From the NCBI GenBank assembly GCA_963662335.2, contig CAXXVD010000003.1:128001-192000 (forward strand): DNA of 64,000 nucleotides, written 5' to 3'. The translations under genes and the position numbers were made by a program. Shown piece by piece: positions 39,874 through 50,376 of this stretch (its first letter is position 1; each line of letters starts with the position of its first letter). Source of the stretch: Chloroflexota bacterium (GTDB taxonomy: Bacteria > Chloroflexota > UBA11872 > VXOZ01). The notes under the pieces are model-generated. The model had not been told where the DNA came from. It searched no databases and saw nothing but the letters and a program-made list of their open reading frames with translations.

Positions 39874-41301
39874 CTACGAAACCGCCGTGCGCACGGCGCG
39901 TTCGATTTCCGGCATCATATCCGCCACCGGCCGTGCGCCGGAGATAGCCTGGCGCAGCGGCTGGGCCAGATTGCGGGCCAGCGCCTGGCGGCCCACCACC
40001 GGCGACGGGCTTTCCTGGTCCAGCAGATCCAGGTACTCCATGTACGTGGGGGTGAAGCTGGTCACCAGTTTGGCCATGGGGTACTTCCACTGGGGCTTGA
40101 ACGGCAGCGTCAAGCCGGTGCCGCCCAGGTAGTCTTGCAGCGTTTCCCGCGTGTAGAGGAACGTGAGCAAGTCCCAGCCGGAGGTCGGATTGCCGGCCGC
40201 GGCCGGAATGGCGATCTGGTTCGACCAGACCTGGGTCGCGCCCGCGCTGCCGCTGGGCCCTTTGGGCAGGGGCAGCCAGTGGAATTGCAGGTCCGGCGCT
40301 TGTTGCGCCGAGTGCACGCGCACGGCGTGATTGATCGCGTCGGCGTTCACCACCGCCATGGAGGCGCGGCCCTGCACGAAGAGGTTTGCCGAGTTCACGT
40401 AGGGCGACGGGTCGCCGCTCACCTTATCCTCGGTGACCAAGTCCGCCAGGAACTGGAGCGTCGCTTGGGCGTCCGGGTTATTCACCACCACGTTGCCGCC
40501 GTCGGCGTTGCCCTGGAAGAAGCCGGTGTTGTTGCTGTAGAGCCAGGTAAGGACTTGCAGCCAGTCGGCGCTCACGTGCATGCCCGGCCGCTGCACCCGG
40601 TCGCCCTGGCGCTGGGTGAGGGCGAGGGCGGTTTCCCGCAGGTTGTCCCAGCCCCATTGCTTGAAGGCTTCCACGTCCACGGACAGGCCCGCCTCTTCCA
40701 CGTGCTTGGCGTTGATTGCCAGGCCGATGGCTTGCGGGTCGTCGTAGGGGATCGCGTAGGTCTTTTCGTTCACGACGGCGTAGGGCAGCACGCCCTGGAC
40801 GAATTGCTGCAACTTGACGGTGCGGGGCCACTCCAGGTTCGGGGTGAGGTCCTGCACCAGCGAGGCCTCCGCCCAGCTTGGCAGCGCGCCCATGGGCACG
40901 TGCACGGCGTCCGGCGCGCCGTCGCCGGCGGCGGTCGCCTGCGCCAGCCGGCTCTCCACCGCGCGTTGGCTGCCCAGGAAGACCGGTTCCAGCGTGTTGC
41001 CCGTGCGGGCGGCGAAGAGGTCGTGGACGTCCGTCAGCCACTGCTGGGTAGGACCGCTGGCCCAGGTCCAGAAGGTGACGAGTCCGGGCCGGCGAATGAT
41101 GGGAATCGGCCCCTGCACCGGCGTCGGCGTGATGGGAATGATCGGCGTTGGCGTGGGGACGCACGGGCCGTCGCAGCGGCGGCGGTTCAGGCCGCTGCAC
41201 GCCGAGCCGAGCGCGGCCGCGGCCGCGCCAAGGCCCAGCGCGCCCAGGCTGCGCAGCACGCTGCGCCGCGAGTGGCCGGTGTGAGTCGTTGTATCGTCCA
41301 T
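39874..41301 (-). CDS. Tat-exported extracellular solute-binding lipoprotein (carbohydrate-type SBP)
   Basis: SRRSVL Tat motif, GSA-C, PTP linker, APDA, YAIP and FVQGRASM. Confidence 0.85.
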   Translation of the reverse strand: MDDTTTHTGHSRRSVLRSLGALGLGAAAAALGSACSGLNRRRCDGPCVPTPTPIIPITPTPVQGPIPIIRRPGLVTFWTWASGPTQQWLTDVHDLFAARTGNTLEPVFLGSQRAVESRLAQATAAGDGAPDAVHVPMGALPSWAEASLVQDLTPNLEWPRTVKLQQFVQGVLPYAVVNEKTYAIPYDDPQAIGLAINAKHVEEAGLSVDVEAFKQWGWDNLRETALALTQRQGDRVQRPGMHVSADWLQVLTWLYSNNTGFFQGNADGGNVVVNNPDAQATLQFLADLVTEDKVSGDPSPYVNSANLFVQGRASMAVVNADAINHAVRVHSAQQAPDLQFHWLPLPKGPSGSAGATQVWSNQIAIPAAAGNPTSGWDLLTFLYTRETLQDYLGGTGLTLPFKPQWKYPMAKLVTSFTPTYMEYLDLLDQESPSPVVGRQALARNLAQPLRQAISGARPVADMMPEIERAVRTAVS

Positions 41302-41585
41302 TATGCGCATACCTCCGTCCTTGCAGGCGCGGCGGGCGGCGCCGCGCATACCGTGCTCGTGTTTGAAAGTGGCAAAGATTACCTACGCGAATGGCATACT
41401 CTACCTATTCCTACACAGTCTACGCTCTTTCGCGAAGTTTCGCTACCCGCTGGCCCCATTCGCCGCGCGGTTTTGGGGGAAATCCTTTCTTAGGAACTTC
41501 TTAGCCGGAAACGATACGCTGCCAATGCCGCTGTGCTACGATGAAGTCAAGTCATCTTACCACAGCACTGAGGGGGAAAGTATCA

Positions 41586-43211
41586 ATGGGGTCGACCGGA
41601 TCCTGGCGCAGGGATTTTGCGTCCGGCGCGATTGCCGCCGTGGTCTTTCTGGCCGTCATTTTCGTCGCGCGCTTCGCGTGGCAGATTCCCGCCTTGCCGG
41701 AAGCGGTGGCGGAACGCATCCTGAGCTTCGTGCCGCCGGCGCTCTTCGAGGCCGTGGTGCAGGTGCTTGGCACGCTGGCCAAGAAGCTCAACTTCTACGC
41801 GATTCTCGTCGCCATCGTCGGCGCGGGCGGACTCCTGGGGCTGCTCTACGGCCGGCTCCTCGCCCGGCTCGGCCCCGGCGCGGGCGGCGGCGAACGAACG
41901 TCAATGGCGCTGGTGTACGGCCTGGGCTACGGCCTAGCGCTGTGGCTCGTGTACGCGGTGACCATGTCGCCGTTCGTGTTGCGCGGCTTCTTTGGGCTCG
42001 ACGCCTCCGTGCCGGTCTACCAGGCCGTGGCAACCGACGTGATCGCCTTCCTGGCCTTTGGCCTCACGCTGGCGTTCGTGCGGCAGCCGTTCACGCCGGA
42101 GGCGCTGGCCACCGGCTCTGAGAACTTGCTCTCGCGCCGCTCGTTGGCGCCGTTGGCGGCGTCCGGCCTGGCCGTGGGCGGCGCGTACGCCCTCAACCGC
42201 GCGCTGGGCGCGCAATCGCAAGGACTGGCGGCGGAACCGGTGGTTACGACCACCACGTCTCCCAGCGGCGAGGAACTCCCCATCTTCCGCCAGGGCTTCG
42301 AGGGATTGCAACCGCTGGTAACCCCCAACGATCAGTTCTACGTCATCTCCAAGAACATGATCGACCCCACCGTGGACGTGAACGACTGGACTCTCACCAT
42401 CACCGGCATGGTGGACAACCGGATGGAGTTAGACTACGCGGCGTTCACGGCTCTGCCCACCCAGCAGCAGTACTGCACCCTGCAGTGCATCAGCAATGAG
42501 GTGGGCGGCGATCTGATAGGCAACGCGCTCTGGGAAGGCGTGCGGCTGTGGGACCTGCTGACTATGGCCGGCATCCAACCGGGCGTGAAGGACATCGTGC
42601 TGCACGCGGCGGACGGCTACCAGGAGAGCATCCCGCTGGAGAAGGCGCAGGACCCCAACGTGATCGCGGCCTTCCGCATGAACGGTGCGACGCTGCCCAA
42701 CAACCACGGCTTTCCGGTGCGCCTGGTGGTGCCGAACATCTACGGCATGAAGAACGTGAAGTGGCTGACCCGCATCGAGCCGGTGGACCACGACTTCAAG
42801 GGCTTCTGGCAGCAGCGCGGCTGGAGCGACGAGGCGATCATCAAGACCATGTCCCGCATCGACGCGCCGCTTCACGGCGCAAACGTGAGCGCCAAGGTGG
42901 AGCGGCAGGTCTTGATCGGCGGCATCGCCTTTGCCGGCAATCGCGGCATTAGCAAGGTGGAGGTGAGCATCGACGAGGGCGGCGCGTGGCAAGAAGCGGA
43001 ACTGGGCACGGCGCTGGCGCCGTTCTCATGGGTGCAGTGGAAGACCACCTGGGAACCGCCGGTGGCGGCCGGCTACACCATCCGCGTTCGCGCGACCGAC
43101 GGCGACGGCGAACTGCAGGACGAGACGGAAATCGAGCCCGCCCCCAACGGCGCCTCCGGCTGGCATACCATCGAGACGCGCATCAGCGGCATCAGCGACG
43201 GACAGAAATAG
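41586..43211 (+). CDS. Membrane-anchored molybdopterin oxidoreductase (sulfite oxidase family)
   Basis: N-terminal TM helices, TLQCISNEVGG Mo-ligand Cys, HGFPVRL, YGMKNVKWL, dimerisation domain. Confidence 0.92.
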   Translation: MGSTGSWRRDFASGAIAAVVFLAVIFVARFAWQIPALPEAVAERILSFVPPALFEAVVQVLGTLAKKLNFYAILVAIVGAGGLLGLLYGRLLARLGPGAGGGERTSMALVYGLGYGLALWLVYAVTMSPFVLRGFFGLDASVPVYQAVATDVIAFLAFGLTLAFVRQPFTPEALATGSENLLSRRSLAPLAASGLAVGGAYALNRALGAQSQGLAAEPVVTTTTSPSGEELPIFRQGFEGLQPLVTPNDQFYVISKNMIDPTVDVNDWTLTITGMVDNRMELDYAAFTALPTQQQYCTLQCISNEVGGDLIGNALWEGVRLWDLLTMAGIQPGVKDIVLHAADGYQESIPLEKAQDPNVIAAFRMNGATLPNNHGFPVRLVVPNIYGMKNVKWLTRIEPVDHDFKGFWQQRGWSDEAIIKTMSRIDAPLHGANVSAKVERQVLIGGIAFAGNRGISKVEVSIDEGGAWQEAELGTALAPFSWVQWKTTWEPPVAAGYTIRVRATDGDGELQDETEIEPAPNGASGWHTIETRISGISDGQK

Positions 43212-43464
43212 CGGGAGCCTGAGCGCGCCGGCCACACAGTGGAATGAAACGTGGGACGGCCCCCTGACCGTCATTCCCGCGTTCACGGGAATGACGGAGG
43301 CTATGGTGATTGCTCTGCGCAGCATGTGGCTTGCGCTTCATTGGTGTGCCGCGTTTCAGCGCACTGCCGCTCGCGTGCGGCAGGCTTGACCGGGTTTGTC
43401 GAGCCTGCCTATCATGGCGCCGTCTCTTGCGGCCCACGCCCGCCATTGAAAGGACTCTCGTCAG

Positions 43465-44856
43465 TTGGAGCCGGTGATTTCCCCCAATGGAGGCAGCGTT
43501 CAAGGCCGTGAGGCGCTTCACGAGCGTTTCGGCAGCCGCATTTCCGTCAATGCCGACTTCACGCGCAAGGCGGTTTCCTATCAAGGAAATCGAGCCGTCC
43601 CCGGTCTGCGCTGGATGAAGTACAAAGAGGGCTTTTCGCGCGGGCTCGTCGAGCGCTTCATCGCGGAACACAAACCAACGGCCGTGCTCGATCCGTTTGC
43701 CGGCATCGGCACCACCCCCTTGATTGCCGCGGGCAAGGGGACTGCGGCAACGGGGATTGAGATAATGCCCGTGGGCGTGTTGGTGGGCAGCGCGATTACC
43801 CATGCCGCCAACGGGGTTTCCAAGGCGGCGCTCGCAGCCGCGGGCAGCGAATTGCTTGGCAGCGTGTCGTCCAACGAGCCTGCTCCAGAAGGGTTTGCGT
43901 TTCCTCACGTCGCCATTACGCGGGCGGCTTTTCCCGAGGCGACGGAGATAGCCATTGCCAAGGCCCGGCAGTTCATAGCCGCCGTCGATGATCAGGCGCT
44001 GCAAACGCTGCTGAACGCGGCCTGTATGACAATCCTGGAAGACGTCAGCTATACGCGCAAGGACGGCCAGTACCTGCGGTGGGACTACCGGTCCGGCCGC
44101 ACGCTGCGGGCGAAAGTGCACAAGGGGCCAATTCTCTCGTTCGAGCACGCGCTGGGGGCGCGGCTCTTCGAGATGGTTCAGGACATGGACACGCTGAAAC
44201 AAGAATACGGTGGCAGCAGTCCACAGTTGATCGTTGGGTCTTGCCTGGATTCGATGCGGGAGATGGAAGATGCGCGTTTCGACATGGCGCTGACTTCTCC
44301 TCCCTATGCCAACAGGTACGACTACACCCGCACGTACGCGCTGGAACTTGCCTGGCTCGGCTTCGATCAGAACGGTTTTGCCGAACTCCGGCAACAGATG
44401 CTCTCCGCTACGGTAGAGAACAAGACGAAGTTGCGGTGGCTGCGCCAGGTGTACGGCAAGAATCCTCGCCTGCTGGATGACGCGCTGCGCATGTACCAAG
44501 GCCAGGAAGCAATCCACGAAGTGCTCACTATCCTCAGGAGCCGCGTCGATGAGTTGGGCAACCGGCACGTGATCAGGTTGTTGGAAGGGTACTTCCAGGA
44601 GATGGCAATCGTCGTGGCGGAATTGGGCCGGCTCATCCGCCCCGGCGGCACCGTAATCATGGTAAACGACAACGTCCAGTACCACGGCGAGGAGGCGCCG
44701 GTAGACCTCATCCTGTCCGACTTTGCCGAGCAGGCGGGGTTCAGGTGCGAGCATATTTGGATGCTGCCGCGCGGCAAGGGGAACTCGAGCCAGCAGATGG
44801 GCCGATTCGGCAGGCGCGAGATCAGAAAATGCGTCTACAAGTGGGTGCGGACGTGA
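43465..44856 (+). CDS. DNA methyltransferase, alpha motif order, probably N4-cytosine
   Basis: YKEGFS, LDPFAGIGTT (motif I) before TSPPYANRYDY (motif IV). Confidence 0.9.
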   Translation: MEPVISPNGGSVQGREALHERFGSRISVNADFTRKAVSYQGNRAVPGLRWMKYKEGFSRGLVERFIAEHKPTAVLDPFAGIGTTPLIAAGKGTAATGIEIMPVGVLVGSAITHAANGVSKAALAAAGSELLGSVSSNEPAPEGFAFPHVAITRAAFPEATEIAIAKARQFIAAVDDQALQTLLNAACMTILEDVSYTRKDGQYLRWDYRSGRTLRAKVHKGPILSFEHALGARLFEMVQDMDTLKQEYGGSSPQLIVGSCLDSMREMEDARFDMALTSPPYANRYDYTRTYALELAWLGFDQNGFAELRQQMLSATVENKTKLRWLRQVYGKNPRLLDDALRMYQGQEAIHEVLTILRSRVDELGNRHVIRLLEGYFQEMAIVVAELGRLIRPGGTVIMVNDNVQYHGEEAPVDLILSDFAEQAGFRCEHIWMLPRGKGNSSQQMGRFGRREIRKCVYKWVRT

Positions 44857-45797
44857 CCGGTCTGGACGACGCGCGGCTCCGGTCAACGCTGATGTCGGAG
44901 CGAATCCGGCAGCGGACTGATCAAACGCTCAGAAGGCTGATCCAGGATTTCGCGGAAGAGTTGGACTACCTTCCGCTTGATGAGCTGATGATCAGCGAAC
45001 AAGCCTGGCGCCTCGTCATCGCATCCGGGAGCGAACCCAGGCTCGTGTTTGCCCATCCCGACGTGCTGCAAAGACATCCCCAAACCTCGCAATACTACCG
45101 CGGCATAGCGCTGCTGCCGCAGAAGCGGGTTGCGGACATCGCGGCGCCTGTATCCTCCTGGGAAGACGGCACACGCAAGTCACCCATCCGAGACGAACAG
45201 AGCTTGCGCGTAGCTCGACTCTATAACGCGGTGATCTCCTCGATCATCGAGGGCACGACGAATTGGACCCTTGAGAATGGCTATCGGAACATCATCGCCA
45301 ACATGGGTATTGGGCTTGATGGGACGTTTCGCAATATCATCGGTCAGGATGCCGAGAAGCTGGTTAAGACGCGAATCAAGAACTGGCTTCACAGCCGGCA
45401 ATTGATTCTGGACGAGAGCGCCGACGGAACAGAATTTCAACTGCCAAGCGGCTACCGGATGCAATTCGGCTCCGAACCCGACATTCTGTTTCTCCAAGAG
45501 GCTGAGAGCCGGCAGATTGAGATCGCAACCATAGAAGTCAAGGGGGGCAAAGACCCGGCCGGCGCGCTCGAACGCCTTGGCGCGATGCAGAAGAGCTTCG
45601 AAGCAACCCCGCCTGGCTGCGTGAATTTCCTGGTCGCGGGCGTGGTTACACAGGAGATGAAAACCAGGCTGAACGCCATGGGCGTGGTAAAGGTGTTTCT
45701 GCTCGATGAGTTGTCCCACGACGGGGAGAAATGGAGCGACTTTCTCAACGAAGTCTTCCACTATACGGTGCGGATTACCAAATCGGTCGTGACTTAG
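44853..45797 (+). CDS. Type II restriction endonuclease, XcyI-like family
   Basis: GTGA overlap with the MTase stop; FRNIIG, SEPDI...IEVKGGKDPAGALERLGA. Confidence 0.75.
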   Translation: MTGLDDARLRSTLMSERIRQRTDQTLRRLIQDFAEELDYLPLDELMISEQAWRLVIASGSEPRLVFAHPDVLQRHPQTSQYYRGIALLPQKRVADIAAPVSSWEDGTRKSPIRDEQSLRVARLYNAVISSIIEGTTNWTLENGYRNIIANMGIGLDGTFRNIIGQDAEKLVKTRIKNWLHSRQLILDESADGTEFQLPSGYRMQFGSEPDILFLQEAESRQIEIATIEVKGGKDPAGALERLGAMQKSFEATPPGCVNFLVAGVVTQEMKTRLNAMGVVKVFLLDELSHDGEKWSDFLNEVFHYTVRITKSVVT

Positions 45798-45907
45798 GGT
45801 CTCGCCGGATCAAGAGTTGCTTGACTCCGTCACTTGCACTACGCGCTCCGGGCCGGATTAGCGCGTGGCGCTACCCGGCGCATTGAGAATACCGCTTGAA
45901 GCAAGAG

Positions 45908-46969
45908 CTAGAGGCGGCCTGAGAGCGAGCCAATGCCCAGGGTTGCCGCCATGGCGTCCAGGTCTTCCACGATTTGGCTGGCGAAGGCGATGCCGTCGCG
46001 CAGGAAGTTCTCTTTGCGTTCCAGTTCGATTTCGCCGGGCAGGTAGATGCGCTCTACGCCTTTCGCCTTTTCCGAGTCGCGCATCTGGCGGATTTGCGCG
46101 TCCATGCGCTCTTTGAACTCGTCCACCGGCATCATGTGGGCGATGTCCAGCGCCAGGAAGAGGTGGCCCATGGCCTGGGGGGTGTTGGGAATGCCGCCCC
46201 GGCGCACGTCCTGGCCGAAGAGCGCGCCGGTGAGCACGCCGCAGAGCGCGTCCATCACCACCGCCAGGCCGTAGCCCTTGGGGCCGCCGACCGGCGCCAT
46301 GAGCGTGGCGATACTGGGGTCTGTGGTGGGCACACCCTCGTCGGTCAGCGCCCAATCGAGCGGTATCGGCTCGCCCTTGCGCTTGGCCAACGCCACCTTG
46401 CCGGCCGCCACCACGCTCACGGCCATGTCGAGCATCAGCGGGCGTTCCTCACCCGCGGGAATGGCGTAGGCCAGCGGGGTGTTGCTCAAGCTGGGCGTGA
46501 CGCCGCCAAAGGGCGCCATGACCTGCACGCCGTTGGTGGAGCAAAAGCCGACGGCGTCGTGGTCCAGGGCGCGCAGGGTGTAGAAGGCGGCCGCGCCGAA
46601 GTGGTTGCTCTCGCGCACGCCCACCGCGCCGATGCCGAATTGCTTCGCCTTTTCAATTGCCAGGTCCATGGCCTGAACGGCCGCCAGTTGTCCCATGGCG
46701 TTGCGCCCGCTGATGAGGGCGGTGGCCCCGCTGTCACTCACTACCTCCGGCGTAGCGGCGGGGTCGATGGCGCCAACCTGGATCCAATTGGCGTAGAGCG
46801 GCAGGAAGTTGCTGCCGTGGGTGAAGACGCCGGTCAGATCGGCATGGACCAACGACTGCGCCACAAGCGATGCTTCCCCCGGCAGCATACCGACTTTGCA
46901 GAGCGCTTCGGTGTCGAACTCTTCCATAGTCGTGGCCGGGACGCGGACGATTCCAGCTTCAGCGGACAT
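45908..46969 (-). CDS. Ldh_2 family (malate/L-lactate/sulfolactate) dehydrogenase
   Basis: ADLTGVFTHG, SNHFGAA, LDMA, GGPKGYGL and YLPGEIE motifs. Confidence 0.92.
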   Translation of the reverse strand: MSAEAGIVRVPATTMEEFDTEALCKVGMLPGEASLVAQSLVHADLTGVFTHGSNFLPLYANWIQVGAIDPAATPEVVSDSGATALISGRNAMGQLAAVQAMDLAIEKAKQFGIGAVGVRESNHFGAAAFYTLRALDHDAVGFCSTNGVQVMAPFGGVTPSLSNTPLAYAIPAGEERPLMLDMAVSVVAAGKVALAKRKGEPIPLDWALTDEGVPTTDPSIATLMAPVGGPKGYGLAVVMDALCGVLTGALFGQDVRRGGIPNTPQAMGHLFLALDIAHMMPVDEFKERMDAQIRQMRDSEKAKGVERIYLPGEIELERKENFLRDGIAFASQIVEDLDAMAATLGIGSLSGRL

Positions 46970-47037
46970 AGATTACGTCTCCCTCATTGGTTCGTTCAAC
47001 ACTGGCGCGCTCAGCAAGGCCATACCCGCGACCCGTC

Positions 47038-48129
47038 TCAGCGCGCGCCGTCGTTCCACATCCGGGCGCGTTCCATGAAGACCAACGGACTCTCCGTCCA
47101 TTCCGCATAGCCGATGCGCCGGTTGTCGGTCAGCCAGTTGATCTTTTCATCGATGCACGCGGCGAGCGCGGCATCCTCGATGGCGAGCGTAAAGCCGCCG
47201 TGCTCCACCGCCTCGTCCAAGGCCGTAACCGCCAGGCCGTCGCCGGCGGCGCGCGCGGCGTCGCGGTTGCCGATTTCGCCGCGGGCCAGCGCGTCGACCT
47301 CGCCGGCGCGCAGGGCCGCGATTAGCTCCGCCTCGCCCAGTTCATCCCCCAAATAGACCACCTGCGGCTTGGTCTCGTCAGGCGGGTAGAGATGCCGCCT
47401 GCCGCTGAGATTCTCCGTTGTGCCCGCGGCGGTGATGACGTAGTTGGCGCTGCCGTCGGCGGTCACCATGCCCTGGGGCGTCTCGACGCGCGTACCCGCC
47501 GCCAGCACGCCGTTCGCGTCTACCAGGCCGGTCAGTTCCAGCAGGCGGAATTCGCCCGTGGTGCCGGCCAGCGCGCCCACGCGCACGCCGCCGGTCAGAG
47601 CGGCGTGGCTGTCCAGGCGTTCCGTGTCCGCGGCGCGCACCAGCAGCGACTGGCGAAAGATGATGTGTCCGCCGGTAAAGACGACCGCCGGCTTGCCCGC
47701 CGTATCCCGGGTGCGCGACTCAAGGATCGTGATGCCGCCGCCGATGATGTCGTACTCCGGTCCGGCGGAGCGCAGCCAAATGCCGTCCCACTGCGCGATG
47801 CCCCGGCGGGAGAAAGCCAGACCCGCGCCTTCTAGAGCTTCCAGCGCGCTGAGCAGGTCCGCCTCGTAGCCGCGATGCGCGTTGAAACCGGCGGCGTCCG
47901 GGTCGGCGGCGGCGCTGTAGCTCACGGGCGCAAAGTAGGCGTAGAACCCCACGTTCAACACGCGCCCCGGCTCCACGCAGGCTGCCCTGCTATCCACCGC
48001 CACACGTTCGACTCGGGCAACACCCGCCCCGCAAGCGGCAAGCCACACCAGCGCAATGCCCAGCGCCAGCGCCTTGATTGAAATCACGCTAAAGCCGGCA
48101 ACGGCCGCGGTCAACAAGAGCCTCCTCAT
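47038..48129 (-). CDS. Substrate-binding lipoprotein (amino-acid SBP-like)
   Basis: LAA-C lipobox, GYEADL, GGIT...R, GTTGE and GEVDA. Confidence 0.7.
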   Translation of the reverse strand: MRRLLLTAAVAGFSVISIKALALGIALVWLAACGAGVARVERVAVDSRAACVEPGRVLNVGFYAYFAPVSYSAAADPDAAGFNAHRGYEADLLSALEALEGAGLAFSRRGIAQWDGIWLRSAGPEYDIIGGGITILESRTRDTAGKPAVVFTGGHIIFRQSLLVRAADTERLDSHAALTGGVRVGALAGTTGEFRLLELTGLVDANGVLAAGTRVETPQGMVTADGSANYVITAAGTTENLSGRRHLYPPDETKPQVVYLGDELGEAELIAALRAGEVDALARGEIGNRDAARAAGDGLAVTALDEAVEHGGFTLAIEDAALAACIDEKINWLTDNRRIGYAEWTESPLVFMERARMWNDGAR

Positions 48130-48218
48130 GAGGGGATAGCGTGTAAGCCTCTGGACGCGAACAATCTAGTGCTCTGCCAGTATAGCATTCATGGCGCCGG
48201 TCGGCGGACGCTGGCCGG

Positions 48219-48809
48219 TTAGGCGCTTGCCGGCTCGCCCAGCGACGCGACCAGCGCCTCCGCCTCGGTGGGTTTCCGCAGTTCAATCACCCGTAGGTGA
48301 GAAAAAGCCCTGTCATTGAGGATTTTCCTGTACTTCCGCCGCCGTCTCCGGTAGCCGGCAACCGCCCACAGGATGATGGAATCCCGGCTGAAGAACGCCT
48401 GCCGGATAGTCTCCCGATTGCCGGACCACATCTCTTCCCGGCTAATCGCCCGCCTGGTGGTGCGGTACAGGGCGCGCCACAACACCACCCGGAAGGAATA
48501 GTTGAGCCAGACGATAGCGGTGGCCCGGCCCCAGACGATGTCCCGGCTGACGCTGTAGTTGCCGTCCACCACCCACCTCTCCCCGGCCACGGCCTCGCTG
48601 ACCAGTTGGCGGAACTCCTGCGCCGGACGGGCTTCCCAGTTGGGCTTCCAGTTGATGGCGTCCAGTTCGACGTGGGGCGCTCCCAGCGCCAGGGACAATT
48701 GCCGCGCCAGGGTAGTCTTGCCGGAGCAGCTATTCCCCATTACTACCACCCGCGCCAGCGCCGGCCGCGCGGCCCCGCCCACCGTTGCCATTCCGGGGTC
48801 TCGTCGCAT
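48219..48809 (-). CDS. Adenylate-kinase-like P-loop protein (FlaR-like)
   Basis: GNSCSGKTT, LDAINW.PNW and WVVDGNY motifs. Confidence 0.82.
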   Translation of the reverse strand: MRRDPGMATVGGAARPALARVVVMGNSCSGKTTLARQLSLALGAPHVELDAINWKPNWEARPAQEFRQLVSEAVAGERWVVDGNYSVSRDIVWGRATAIVWLNYSFRVVLWRALYRTTRRAISREEMWSGNRETIRQAFFSRDSIILWAVAGYRRRRRKYRKILNDRAFSHLRVIELRKPTEAEALVASLGEPASA

Positions 48810-48821
48810 CTGGCCCTCACC

Positions 48822-49868
48822 TCAATTGGGAGCCGGCTTCTTGCGGGCCGCCCGCAGCAGCAGCCCCGCGATCACCAGGCAGATGGCGCCGGACACGCCC
48901 AGCAGCAGTATTGATGCTACCGTGTCCAGGAAGTGCAGGCGGCTGACGCTCTCGGAGACCTGCTTGAGGGCCACGGCCGCGCCGCCGCTCAGCACGGTCA
49001 CGCCGAATAAGCCGCGTATCCGCCCGGGTTCGACGAACTTGGTGGCTGTGGCGCCGACCTGCGCGCCGGCCGAGGCGGCGGCCAGCATGATGACGGCCAT
49101 GAGCAGGTCCACGTGGTTGCCGAGGGCGTAGATGAACGTGCCCACGGAGCCGGTGATGATGATCTGAAAGAGGTCGGTGCCGATGGCCATGACGGTGGGG
49201 ACTCCCACCACGTAGACCAACAACGGCATCAGGATGAACCCGCCGCCCGCCCCTAGCAGCCCGGCCATGAAACCCACGCCGAAACCGATGCTGACGGGCA
49301 CGAAGACGGAGATGCTCTGAATCCCCGAGAGGGGCAACGCTACCCGCGTGGGCGTGACTCCCCGCCCCGGCAGCCAGAGCGTGTGGGGCGGAATGCGCAG
49401 CGCCTGCACCCGGCGGGCCAGATTCTCGGTGGAAACCGCGTCGGCTTTGGCGGCGGCGCGGCGGCGCACCTTGACGTAGTCGTAGACGATGAACGAGCCC
49501 AATGCCCCTAGGAAGATGACGTAGATTAACCGGATGACCGGGCCGATGACGCCCGCCGCTTCCAGGGCCACGTTCAGCCGCTCCGCCAGAATCTCGCCGG
49601 GCACGGTGCCGCAGACCATCAGCAGCCCCAGCCGGAAGTCCACGTTGCCCAGGCCCTTGTGCTTCAGCATGTTGATGATGGAGGAACCCATCACCAGGGT
49701 GAGGCCGGTGCCCACGGCAAAGATGGGCGGCACGCCAAAGACCAGCAACCCGCCGGTGATCAGGAAGCCGCCGCCCACACCGAAGAAGCCGCCCAGGGTG
49801 CCCACGATCAGCCCCAGCAGCACGAGGAGCGCCGGGTCAACCACGACCCCGGCGTTGGGAAAGAACAC
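48822..49868 (-). CDS. Sulfite exporter TauE/SafE family protein
   Basis: GGFFGVGGGF and GLLGAGGGF repeats, AIGTDLFQ; GTG start inferred. Confidence 0.9.
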   Translation of the reverse strand: MFFPNAGVVVDPALLVLLGLIVGTLGGFFGVGGGFLITGGLLVFGVPPIFAVGTGLTLVMGSSIINMLKHKGLGNVDFRLGLLMVCGTVPGEILAERLNVALEAAGVIGPVIRLIYVIFLGALGSFIVYDYVKVRRRAAAKADAVSTENLARRVQALRIPPHTLWLPGRGVTPTRVALPLSGIQSISVFVPVSIGFGVGFMAGLLGAGGGFILMPLLVYVVGVPTVMAIGTDLFQIIITGSVGTFIYALGNHVDLLMAVIMLAAASAGAQVGATATKFVEPGRIRGLFGVTVLSGGAAVALKQVSESVSRLHFLDTVASILLLGVSGAICLVIAGLLLRAARKKPAPN

Positions 49869-49870
49869 GG

Positions 49871-50044
49871 CTACTCCCGCCCCCGCGCGCCGGCCCAGGC
49901 GGCTGCGAGCCACCGCAAGACCACTTCCCAGAGGACGTAGAGGCCCAGCGCCGCCCCCGCCACCACCGCCATGACCAGCAAGGCCCACAGCAGCGGCGCC
50001 TGGCGGCCGGTTTCCCGCAAGAATTCGGTGAGCGCGTCGTACAT
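49871..50044 (-). CDS. Small single-TM protein directly upstream of TauE
   Basis: 57 aa MYDALTEFL...LLWALLVMAVVAGAALGLYVLW; stop 2 nt before the TauE start. Confidence 0.65.
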   Translation of the reverse strand: MYDALTEFLRETGRQAPLLWALLVMAVVAGAALGLYVLWEVVLRWLAAAWAGARGRE

Positions 50045-50376
50045 GGCTCTCAGTATAGCCAACTGCGGCCTGAGGCTGTAGACGAGGAAGTCTGCGACAG
50101 GCTCCAGCCGCAACGTGATGGCGTGTAAGCAAAGCCTGCGCAGCGGCCCGCTGGCAGTCATCCGGCGCCGTGACGCGCCCCGTTCCCGGCCGGCGGCTAC
50201 CATTGCCGTGCCGTTTCTCTTGATCATGGACAATCGCCGTCTTGAGAACTTTCAATTCTCGCGAATAGTCACTGGTAGTGGACTACAGTTGACATGTCTA
50301 GTCTATATGATTATCCTAACTCACATATTGAGCGCCGCGGCAGCGGACACTGCCGCCAGGGACTGGAGGAGCGCCC

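Noticed and set aside
48822-50255. 477-aa TauE with a long N-terminal extension; likewise the extended starts for plsY, Uma2 copy 4 and the XcyI-like gene
   Set aside because: The extensions overlap other supported genes or are low-complexity; downstream starts fit family lengths
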